The notes beneath the pieces were generated by a model. It was not told the DNA's origin. It ran no database searches and was given only the letters and a program-made list of their open reading frames with translations. Below, in pieces: positions 6,087 through 12,626 of a stretch of DNA of 14,222 nt (position 1 is its first letter; the number at the start of each line of letters is the position of its first letter). The stretch comes from a bacterium ADurb.Bin157 (lineage in GTDB: Bacteria; Muiribacteriota; Ozemobacteria; Ozemobacterales; Ozemobacteraceae): positions 1 to 14,222 of the forward strand of contig MWDD01000061.1 in assembly GCA_002070375.1 (NCBI GenBank). Direction: 5' to 3'. The position numbers and the translations under genes were made by a program.

Positions 6087-7232
6087 ATGGGATTTTGGGC
6101 TAATCAGACTCGTTCTGTTATCGAATGGAAGGACGCTTCTCCTGATATACTTATCTGGCGCTGGGACGGAACTAACGATGAATTGAAAAATGCTTCAAAA
6201 CTTATAGTCAACCCCGGACAAGCTGCAATTTTTGTATACAAAGGCGAAATCAGAGCTGTTCATGAAGATCCGGGAATGTTCGAACTTAGAACAGGTAATA
6301 TTCCCTTTTTAACAACTTTGTCAAAAATCATGCAGAATTTTACTTCTGAAAATAAAGCTAATGTTTATTTTGTTAAAATAAATCAAATGGTCAATCAAAA
6401 ATGGGGAACAAAAGCACCTGTTAAATACAATGACCCCGTTTATAAATTCCCCGTAGGAATGCGTGCATTCGGCAACTTTAGCTTCAGAATTACCGATATA
6501 AGAATGTTCTTCAACGAATATGCCGGAAATCAAGACGTTGTGCCTGTTTCTTACATAAGAAACATAATCGTCGACAGAATATTGCAGCCAATGACAGATA
6601 TTTTTGCAACAGCCGGTTTCAGCTATGCAGAAATAGACAAAAACCGCATGGAACTCTCTGCCAAAGTTCAGCAAGCTGTGGCTCCCGAGTTTTTGCCCCT
6701 TGGCTTCGAAATGTCAGATTTCAGAATAGAAAATACCGATTTTGATGAAAAAACACAAGAAAGAATCGACAAAATTTCTGATAAAATGGCTGATGTTCAC
6801 GCGGTTAACGCTATGGGCGACATAAATCAGTCATCTATGAACGCATATGCAAACGTCGAACAGCTCAGAGCTCTCAATACAGCAGCGGGCAATAACGGTG
6901 CGGCAGGCCTCGGAGTAGGTATGGGCGCAGGTATGGGTCTGGGTGCCGGCATGGGAATGATGGGCGGAATGCAGCCTGTCGCAAATAAATCAGGTGCCAC
7001 AGCCAAATGTGCTTCCTGTAACGCTTCAATGAGCGAAACAGCCAAATTCTGCCCCGAATGCGGCGCTAAGACCGGCCCGGCTACAGTGGCTTGCATTGCA
7101 TGCAAAGAACAGATTCCTCAAAACTCTAAGTTTTGCCCTGAATGCGGCAAACCTCAGTCTGTTTCATGTAAAAAATGCAACGCCCCGATCGGTTCGGCAA
7201 GATTCTGCCCCGAATGCGGCGAAGCAAACTGA
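6087..7232 (+). CDS. SPFH/band-7 (COG4260, YdjI-like stomatin/prohibitin-family) protein fused to a Gly/Met-rich low-complexity linker and three C-terminal zinc-ribbon modules.
   Basis: The N-terminal 'VIEWKDASPDILIWRWDGTNDELKNASKLIVNPGQAAIFVYKGEI' matches the characteristic start of COG4260 SPFH proteins. The linker is 'AAGNNGAAGLGVGMGAGMGLGAGMGMMGGM' (6882..6977). Three CxxC-x10-FCPECG units follow (7008..7229). RBS GGAGGG. Confidence 0.8.
   Translation: MGFWANQTRSVIEWKDASPDILIWRWDGTNDELKNASKLIVNPGQAAIFVYKGEIRAVHEDPGMFELRTGNIPFLTTLSKIMQNFTSENKANVYFVKINQMVNQKWGTKAPVKYNDPVYKFPVGMRAFGNFSFRITDIRMFFNEYAGNQDVVPVSYIRNIIVDRILQPMTDIFATAGFSYAEIDKNRMELSAKVQQAVAPEFLPLGFEMSDFRIENTDFDEKTQERIDKISDKMADVHAVNAMGDINQSSMNAYANVEQLRALNTAAGNNGAAGLGVGMGAGMGLGAGMGMMGGMQPVANKSGATAKCASCNASMSETAKFCPECGAKTGPATVACIACKEQIPQNSKFCPECGKPQSVSCKKCNAPIGSARFCPECGEAN
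7008..7229 (+). repeat. Intragenic tandem repeat encoding three zinc-ribbon units.
   Basis: An exact 19-mer TTCTGCCCCGAATGCGGCG occurs at 7047..7065 and 7203..7221. A diverged copy TTTTGCCCTGAATGCGGC is at 7131..7148. The units are spaced about 75-85 bp apart. Confidence 0.7.
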
Positions 7233-7250
7233 TTACTTCTAACTAACAAT

Positions 7251-7284
7251 AAAACGGGTGATAAAAAATTATCACCCGTTTTTT
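7251..7284. terminator. Bidirectional rho-independent terminator between the convergent SPFH gene (+) and PIN-like gene (-).
   Basis: A perfect stem AAAACGGGTGATAA (7251..7264) pairs with TTATCACCCGTTTT (7269..7282) around a 4-nt loop AAAA. It has an A-run on the left and a T-run on the right, so it can act as a U-tract hairpin on either strand. Confidence 0.8.
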
Positions 7285-7297
7285 ATTGCCCAAAATT

Positions 7298-7843
7298 CTA
7301 ATTGTTTTTGAGATATTCTGAAAAGCTTTTGTAACCGAGTCTACGCTTTTTATTTAACATATTTTTCCATATTGTGTTTCCTTGCTCTTCGTTTATTAAA
7401 CCTGCTGTCATTGCTTCTTTTAAGATGGCTCCGGTTGTGACGTGTTTCAGGTTATATAGTTGAACATAGTCTGAGATGTCTTTGAGATTATTACTCGCAA
7501 GTATTCCGTTTCGCTCTTTTGCTAATGCTATTGCTGCAGCTTCGCCATCGCCAATAATTTTGTGGCCCGGGTCAGGATTTTTCGTCAGTTTGACAAAAAG
7601 GTCATATTCTGTACTGCCAATCATAATTGATTCTAAAGTTGCTTGACCATTCATAAAAAGTTTATCAACTTGCGCTTTCATTTTTTTTATGTGATTGAGC
7701 CCGGGATGTGAAAGTTCATTGTAGACTTGAGTCGGAATAACGATTCTTCCCGGATAAAGTTTGGCAAGAATGCTTTCATTATCAATCCATAGAAATGCTG
7801 AGAGGCAGTCGTTGTCGAAAAAAAGAGGTTCAGTCAACGACAT
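7298..7843 (-). CDS. PIN-like (DUF4411-like) protein. It is the third gene of the XRE-ImmA cassette and a putative nuclease/effector.
   Basis: The preferred start is ATG 7843..7841 ('MSLTEPLFFDND...'), preceded by AGGAAGG. It overlaps the ImmA stop by 14 nt; the ORF-track start at 7864 lacks an RBS. PIN-fold hallmarks include a beta1 acidic motif 'LFFDNDCLSAFL', 'RIVIPTQVYNELS' (conserved Glu) and 'IIGDGEAAAIALAKERNGILASNNLKD', which resembles the GEAEaIaLA...DD motif of PIN_3/DUF4411-type proteins commonly annotated next to ImmA/IrrE genes. Confidence 0.6.
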   Translation of the reverse strand: MSLTEPLFFDNDCLSAFLWIDNESILAKLYPGRIVIPTQVYNELSHPGLNHIKKMKAQVDKLFMNGQATLESIMIGSTEYDLFVKLTKNPDPGHKIIGDGEAAAIALAKERNGILASNNLKDISDYVQLYNLKHVTTGAILKEAMTAGLINEEQGNTIWKNMLNKKRRLGYKSFSEYLKNN

Positions 7844-8588
7844 CACCTTCCTCTGCTTGATCATAAACTAAGTCGGGACGAAATGCAGTCAAGAGGAGTT
7901 CTTCATATTTTCCGATAGATATTAAATCGCTTTTTAGTAATTGATCTGCTTGATTAATATAGTGACCGTATGTTTTATATTGCTCTTCTACAGGAAGCGG
8001 TCGATATAGTTCTGAGCTAAACCCCATTGTTTCAGCTCTATTTCGGACACTAATCGCTAGATATTTTTCAAAATTAGCGCGTTTCATATAAGGGCTTTCT
8101 TTAAGACGAATTACCATTGCCTGATGACTCACCCTAAAATGCTGCTCAAGCCTAATTATATCATCCAGCGAGAGTTTGTTATCTTTGTGCTTAGCTGCCA
8201 GCTGCGCGGCTCTGTAATCTAATTCGGCGTCCGGTATCAGAAAATATGAAGCGAACATATCTGCTTCTTTTTCAATGGTTTTTCCATCGCCGATTTTTTT
8301 TGCACAAACAGATACCATGTTTTGATCGTAATACAGATGATAAAACTCGTGTGCCAAAGAAAAGCGCTGGCGGCCGAGAGACATTGCTGAATTAATTGCA
8401 ATTACGCAATCATTCCTCTTTCCTTTGATGCACATGCCGCTTAGAGTATCGCCCATAGGATAATAAACTAGCGTGAGCCTTTCGATGCTTTGTGCCAGAG
8501 AAAAAATATCAACGGGTGAATGGCTGTCTTCACCCAGTTTCATTCTGAGTTGAATTGACTTAGTCATCAAGTCAGCTTTATTCATCAC
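7830..8588 (-). CDS. ImmA/IrrE-family (COG2856) Zn metallopeptidase.
   Basis: It carries the 'SLAHEFYHLYYD' HEXXH motif and a downstream 'EKEADMFASYFLIPDAEL' (third-ligand Glu), typical of ImmA/IrrE. A GTG/ATG start at 8588/8585 sits 8-11 nt after GGAGGG and overlaps the XRE stop (8578..8580). Confidence 0.88.
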   Translation of the reverse strand: MMNKADLMTKSIQLRMKLGEDSHSPVDIFSLAQSIERLTLVYYPMGDTLSGMCIKGKRNDCVIAINSAMSLGRQRFSLAHEFYHLYYDQNMVSVCAKKIGDGKTIEKEADMFASYFLIPDAELDYRAAQLAAKHKDNKLSLDDIIRLEQHFRVSHQAMVIRLKESPYMKRANFEKYLAISVRNRAETMGFSSELYRPLPVEEQYKTYGHYINQADQLLKSDLISIGKYEELLLTAFRPDLVYDQAEEGDVVD

Positions 8589-8928
8589 GCTTTTTGCCCT
8601 CCAGCAGGCTGCTCATGAATTCAGAGTTGAGCGCAATTTTATTGATAGCGCTAATGGCCTCGAGGTCGCTTGAAGACAATTCACTGCATCTGAAGGCGCA
8701 AGACAGCGGTCTCGTTGCTACGACATCATTTACAATCGCTGTTGATGAAACGCCAAAAAGCGAAGCAAGTTTATCTAACATGTCTGCTGATATGCTACGC
8801 TCCCCTTTTTCGATTTTGCTAATCAGGCTTTGATCTACACCTAAAAAATTAGCTATATTTTGCTGGTTATACCCGGCGTTATCTCTTAGCATTCGTAGAT
8901 TTTCGCTAATAATTTTATTGTCTGTCAT
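8578..8928 (-). CDS. XRE-family helix-turn-helix transcriptional regulator. It is the first gene of the cassette.
   Basis: An HTH_3-like N-terminus is present ('ISENLRMLRDNAGYNQQNIANFLGVDQSLISKIEKGERSISADMLDKLASLFGVS'). The preferred start is ATG 8928..8926 (GGAGGG about 10 nt upstream). The ORF-track TTG at 8937 has only a 2-nt spacing to the SD. A C-terminal extension of about 50 aa follows the HTH. Confidence 0.85.
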   Translation of the reverse strand: MTDNKIISENLRMLRDNAGYNQQNIANFLGVDQSLISKIEKGERSISADMLDKLASLFGVSSTAIVNDVVATRPLSCAFRCSELSSSDLEAISAINKIALNSEFMSSLLEGKKRDE

Positions 8929-8954
8929 GTCTTTCAATCCCTCCGTCCACTTTT

Positions 8955-9009
8955 ATTATATCTTAAAATTGTCATAAATATCAATTTGTAATTCAAACTT
9001 TTATGACAA
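8955..9009 (-). promoter_or_regulatory. Candidate promoter of the XRE-ImmA-PIN operon, with a 10-bp inverted-repeat operator.
   Basis: Minus strand: -35 TTGATA (plus 8984..8979), an 18-nt spacer, then -10 TATAAT (plus 8960..8955). A perfect inverted repeat TTGTCATAAA (8969..8978) / TTTATGACAA (9000..9009) has one half-site inside the spacer and the other just upstream of the -35. Confidence 0.5.
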
Positions 9010-9067
9010 AACATAATGATTTCTAACAAATTGCCCTGTCACTGTGTTAGTTTTTGATGCAAATTCA

Positions 9068-9076
9068 TGATATAGT
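9068..9076 (+). promoter_or_regulatory. Candidate extended -10 (TGaTATAGT) for the VOC gene.
   Basis: It lies 41 nt upstream of ATG 9117 and has the same TGnTATA architecture as the 6014 element. No clear -35 is present. Confidence 0.25.
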
Positions 9077-9116
9077 CGGTGCGGATACCATGTAATGGTC
9101 AATAGGAGCCATGAAA

Positions 9117-9509
9117 ATGAGACTAGATGGATTTGGGATTATGGTAGATGATATGCCGAAAATGGTTCGGTTTTACAGAGATGTGCTTGGGTTTGAAATT
9201 AAAGAAGATGAGAATACGACAAATGTCTTTTTGCAAAAGGACGGAACCCTTTTTCTTTTGTATAGAAAATCAGATTTTGAAAAAATGACAGGCAGAAGTT
9301 TATCTTATGCAAAAGGGATAAATGGTCATTACGAGATAGCTTTATCAGTTTCTGATTATGAAGCAGTTGACAAAACGTTCGAATTCCTTGTGCAGGCCGG
9401 TGCTCAGCCGGTGATGCCTCCAACAACAGAACCTTGGGGACAACGCACTTGCTACATTGCTGACCCTGAAGGCAATCTGATTGAAATTGGTTCATTTAAC
9501 GTGAAATAA
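9117..9509 (+). CDS. VOC-family protein (glyoxalase / bleomycin-resistance / dioxygenase fold), small single-domain.
   Basis: 'LDGFGIMVDDMPKMVRFYRDVLGFEI' and '...HYEIALSVSDYEAVDKTFEFLVQAGAQPVMPPTTEPWGQRTCYIADPEGNLIEI' match the paired beta-alpha-beta-beta-beta VOC module pattern. The preferred start is ATG 9117 (AGGAG 8 nt upstream) rather than 9111. Confidence 0.8.
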   Translation: MRLDGFGIMVDDMPKMVRFYRDVLGFEIKEDENTTNVFLQKDGTLFLLYRKSDFEKMTGRSLSYAKGINGHYEIALSVSDYEAVDKTFEFLVQAGAQPVMPPTTEPWGQRTCYIADPEGNLIEIGSFNVK

Positions 9510-9538
9510 TAAATTTGTTAGGCACCCAATAAAGCCGG

Positions 9539-12481
9539 TCATTTAGCCGGATTAAGCAATTTTTGATACATTTTCATAAGTTCGGCAACACAGCTGCTTT
9601 CGGTCATTGTTTTGTAATCAAACCCGTATGCAGTCATTACTGCACAATCGTTCGCCTGATGAGCTTTTCGAAGTTCTGAGGGCATAGTGGTTTCGTCATA
9701 AAGGTCTGCAAGCGAGCTATCTGGATAAAGTGCCCTTGCATCAAGTATTGCCTGTGCTGTTTGTTCGATTTTTGCTTTTTGCGCATCTGTCGGAGTTGGC
9801 CACGGAAAATTGTTGTAAACAATATCTTTTGAGTAACGGTAATCGCTTTTAAGTCTTCCGCAAACAGCACGCATCCAAGCCATGTGTACATTTGAGGTCA
9901 GTATTCCAAAGTGATAAAGAGAGGCGTCGGTGATAATTACAGCAGAGTCTGTTGGAATAATAGATTCATCTAAAAAACCAAGCGGAATGTAACGTCTTCT
10001 TTCAGATGAAACACGGGGCACAATCACGTATTTAGCTGGATTAATCTGCTCTCTGAAAAGTGTTGGAGTCAGAGCTAATTTCTGTCTTCCGGGGTCAGGA
10101 GCTTTTAAGCGGTCTTCTTTACAAGCTTCCACTCGCTTCATCACTTTATGCATTTTTCTCAAATCAGCCGGATTTATGCCGACAAGCCAAAGACAGTATC
10201 TCTTCTTTCCATTGATGTATTCTTCTGAACCTGTGAGTCGTTTGATATATTTAGCAGCATTAGGTTCATTTTTTATAAATTCTTCGTATTCATTTGCTTC
10301 AATAATCAAATGCCCACCATCAGCCGGTCTGTTTCCTGTGATCATTGGTATGACATTTTTGCACAGTGGTTTGCTTCGGCTCTCAACAAAAACATCAGGG
10401 CCTTCAACCAAATAAGCATTTATGTTTTTAACTTCTCTAACTTTGTCTCCGTCAAACAAATAGCTTTGTTTGCAATCGTCTGTGCTACTAAAACCAACAA
10501 TTACACAGTGAACGTGGGCCTTTAAGAAGCTTTCACTATCCCACCTGAAAGTGCGATGAGCAAAGTCTATATGAATCTTAAACTGCTCAAAGAGCGGCTT
10601 CCAAAGTGCGGCAACCTGTTCGCCCTGTGTAATGGAATTCGTTGAAACAAAAGCAACTTTTGTATTTGTTCCAGCTATAAGCTGAGAAGCTTTGTAATAC
10701 CAGCCCGACACGTAGTCTATTTTGCCGGCAGTCTTATGTGCCTTGCCTTTTTCGTTTACAAAAACTGAGAGCAAATCTTCTTTCTGTTCTTTGCTTTGCA
10801 GTGAATAGCCAACAAACGGCGGGTTTCCCAAGATATAATCGTAATGATTGCCTATCAGCGATTTGACCGGCATTTCAGGCTTAACGAGCTTTTTGGTGTA
10901 TAAGTCGATTTCGTCGTAATGAACAATCGGTTCATTTACTTGATTTTCGTCTGCTTTTATTAGGTTTACTTGCTTAGCATAAACAACGGTTCTGTCAGAT
11001 TCAGATGAACCGAAAAGATAACGCCAATCAAGCTTCAGTGCGTTGCCCTCAACGATATTTGAGTAGCTTTTCAGCGGCAAATAATCAAGGTCGACCTGCA
11101 TAAGCTTTTCAGTCTCTTTCATCATCTGCGATTCGGCTATCCAAAGGGCGGTTCGGGCAACCGTAACTGCAAAATCATTAATTTCGATGCCGTAAAACTG
11201 ACCGATATTCACTAAAATCGGCTCAAACTCTACGCCCATAAGCTTTTGCCCTTTGTTTTCTTCGGCAAGAGCTTCATTTTCAAGTTTACGAAGTGAAATA
11301 AAGGTTTCGGTCAAAAAGTTTCCGCTGCCTGCAGCCGGATCTAAAAACCGCAGAGAAGCTAGTTTTTGTCGGAATTCCCGCAGTTTGATCTTTTTGTTTT
11401 TGTCTTGTTTTGTGGCTTTAATTTTTTCAAATTCGGCTTTAAGCTCATCAAAGAATAACGGGTCTATGACCTTGTGGATGTTTTCAATGCTGGTGTAGTG
11501 CATACCGCCTGTGCGCCTTGTTACAGGATTAAGAGTAGATTCAAACAATGCGCCGAAAATAGTAGGCGAAATACCCGACCAGTCAAAACGAAAACTTGCA
11601 TGATTTATCAGCTCATCGCATATTTCTTCGTTAAACTGCGGTATTTCTACTGTTTCGTCAGAAAACAAACCGCCGTTTACATATGGAAAAGCCGCTAAAT
11701 CATCGTTCATATAAAGGTCTCTGTCTTCTATCTTGGTGTCAAGCACCTTAAACAGTTTAATAAGCTCTTCTCTAACATGCTTCGGCTGAAACTGCTGCAA
11801 ATATTTTCCAAACATGTCGTGAGTATCGAAAACTCCGGCATCTTCTGCATACAGACAAAATACCAACCTAACGCATAAAATGTTTATACTGCGCAAAGTC
11901 TCATGACTTTCTGGGTTCTTGTATTGTTTTAAAATAAGGCTGTAAAGCTTGCCAACAAGATTACCCGCTTCAATAGACACCTGCATTTCACGCTGAATGT
12001 TTTCGTTACCTTTATCAACTAGAAACTGCAAACGATAATATTCTGTTGGCAAGTCTTTCAGAAAAATCTGCTCAGGTTCACCGTTTGGTTGTTCCATGTC
12101 ATAAATCAAAAACTCCGCAAAATTGCACGTTACTATCCATCTGGGTCGTAGGGAATAAGGCAGTTCTGAAGCATATCTCTTCGCCTGCTGAAAAGGCGAC
12201 AGCAAGGTGCCGTCAGACTGTCGGATGCCGTCTCTGAGGTTTTTGCCTAAACTTTTTTGCTCAATCATAACGTGTGTGTCACGTATATAAGCGTCTATAA
12301 ACGAGGTGTGGTCGAGCTTTACCTGTTCTTCAAAGTCAATAAATTTTTCGGGGTGCGGAATATTGAGCACATCACGAAGAAGCGAAAGCCAAAATGCTTG
12401 GCTCTGCCCTTTTTCATATCCTTTATCTTTCCAAAACTCCGCAAATTCTTTTGCAGAATTGCTATGCGCGTTTGAAGACAT
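9539..12481 (-). CDS. MmeI-family type IIL (IIG) restriction-modification enzyme. It is a single polypeptide with endonuclease, gamma-class N6-adenine methyltransferase and TRD regions.
   Basis: This 980-aa protein has an N-terminal 'FIDAYIRDTHVMIEQKSLGK' (D...EXK, matching the MmeI D70/E80/K82 region). Further MmeI hallmarks are 'CVRLVFCLYAEDAGVF', 'NGGLFS', 'HYTSIENIHKVIDPLF', motif I 'FLDPAAGSGNFL' and motif IV 'LGNPPFVGY'. The C-terminal 'ELRKAHQANDCAVMTAYGF...SCVAELMKMYQKL' resembles the MmeI C-terminus. RBS AGGAG lies 6 nt upstream. Confidence 0.9.
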   Translation of the reverse strand: MSSNAHSNSAKEFAEFWKDKGYEKGQSQAFWLSLLRDVLNIPHPEKFIDFEEQVKLDHTSFIDAYIRDTHVMIEQKSLGKNLRDGIRQSDGTLLSPFQQAKRYASELPYSLRPRWIVTCNFAEFLIYDMEQPNGEPEQIFLKDLPTEYYRLQFLVDKGNENIQREMQVSIEAGNLVGKLYSLILKQYKNPESHETLRSINILCVRLVFCLYAEDAGVFDTHDMFGKYLQQFQPKHVREELIKLFKVLDTKIEDRDLYMNDDLAAFPYVNGGLFSDETVEIPQFNEEICDELINHASFRFDWSGISPTIFGALFESTLNPVTRRTGGMHYTSIENIHKVIDPLFFDELKAEFEKIKATKQDKNKKIKLREFRQKLASLRFLDPAAGSGNFLTETFISLRKLENEALAEENKGQKLMGVEFEPILVNIGQFYGIEINDFAVTVARTALWIAESQMMKETEKLMQVDLDYLPLKSYSNIVEGNALKLDWRYLFGSSESDRTVVYAKQVNLIKADENQVNEPIVHYDEIDLYTKKLVKPEMPVKSLIGNHYDYILGNPPFVGYSLQSKEQKEDLLSVFVNEKGKAHKTAGKIDYVSGWYYKASQLIAGTNTKVAFVSTNSITQGEQVAALWKPLFEQFKIHIDFAHRTFRWDSESFLKAHVHCVIVGFSSTDDCKQSYLFDGDKVREVKNINAYLVEGPDVFVESRSKPLCKNVIPMITGNRPADGGHLIIEANEYEEFIKNEPNAAKYIKRLTGSEEYINGKKRYCLWLVGINPADLRKMHKVMKRVEACKEDRLKAPDPGRQKLALTPTLFREQINPAKYVIVPRVSSERRRYIPLGFLDESIIPTDSAVIITDASLYHFGILTSNVHMAWMRAVCGRLKSDYRYSKDIVYNNFPWPTPTDAQKAKIEQTAQAILDARALYPDSSLADLYDETTMPSELRKAHQANDCAVMTAYGFDYKTMTESSCVAELMKMYQKLLNPAK

Positions 12482-12526
12482 GCTTAGCTCCTAATTCTGT
12501 GATGAAATCTCTACTCTTATATAAAA

Positions 12527-12555
12527 ATCTTATCATTGAACAAAGTTTTATTCAA
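12527..12555 (-). promoter_or_regulatory. Candidate sigma70-like promoter for the MmeI-family gene.
   Basis: Minus strand: TTGAAT (plus 12555..12550), a 17-nt spacer, then TAAGAT (plus 12532..12527). An alternative is TTGTTC-16-TATAAG, 12 nt further downstream. Confidence 0.3.
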
Positions 12556-12572
12556 CAACCTATAAAATAGCC

Positions 12573-12601
12573 ACAGGCAATCTACCAGATAGATTGCCTG
12601 T
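12573..12601 (-). terminator. Candidate terminator of ftcD, possibly an insulator before the RM gene.
   Basis: A perfect 12-bp stem ACAGGCAATCTA (12573..12584) pairs with TAGATTGCCTGT (12590..12601) around a 5-nt loop CCAGA. On the minus strand it is followed by GGCTATTTTATAGG, 26 nt after the ftcD stop. Confidence 0.55.
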
Positions 12602-12626
12602 AAATGCTAGTATAAATTCAAAACAA

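Noticed and set aside
6321-7105. 117-aa and 92-aa minus-strand ORFs inside the SPFH gene. The second is Pro/Ala-rich.
   Set aside because: Both are antisense. The Pro/Ala bias is simply the complement of the GGT/ATG-rich Gly-Met linker.
8594-8833. 79-aa plus-strand ORF antisense to the XRE gene.
   Set aside because: It is antisense to a CDS with a clear HTH motif. No RBS is seen.
7298-8937. Interpreting XRE-ImmA as a prophage or ICE immunity region (ImmR/ImmA).
   Set aside because: There is no integrase, excisionase, replication, structural or att-like sequence anywhere in the 14 kb. The compact three-gene overlap with a PIN-like effector fits a standalone module better. This is kept as the alternative hypothesis in the finding.
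9199-9495. 98-aa minus-strand ORF antisense to the VOC gene.
   Set aside because: It is antisense to a CDS whose VOC-fold motifs are recognisable.
9510-9560. A possible terminator hairpin between the convergent VOC and RM genes (GCCGG...GCCGG).
   Set aside because: Only a 4-bp CCGG/CCGG stem with an 8-nt loop can form. It overlaps the RM stop codon, and this is too weak to call.
9539-12481. The possibility that the MmeI-like gene is the BREX PglX (BrxX) methyltransferase.
   Set aside because: No brxA/brxB/brxC/pglZ/brxL-like genes occur in the window. The protein is MmeI-sized (980 aa) with an apparently intact N-terminal D...EXK nuclease motif, whereas PglX is typically longer and lacks nuclease activity. 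Partner genes lying outside the window cannot be formally excluded.
9637-12494. Several 62-84-aa ORFs on both strands within the MmeI-family gene (9637.., 10176.., 10310.., 11253.., 11474.., 12046.., 12257.., 12306..).
   Set aside because: All are nested in a 980-aa CDS with end-to-end family-specific motifs.
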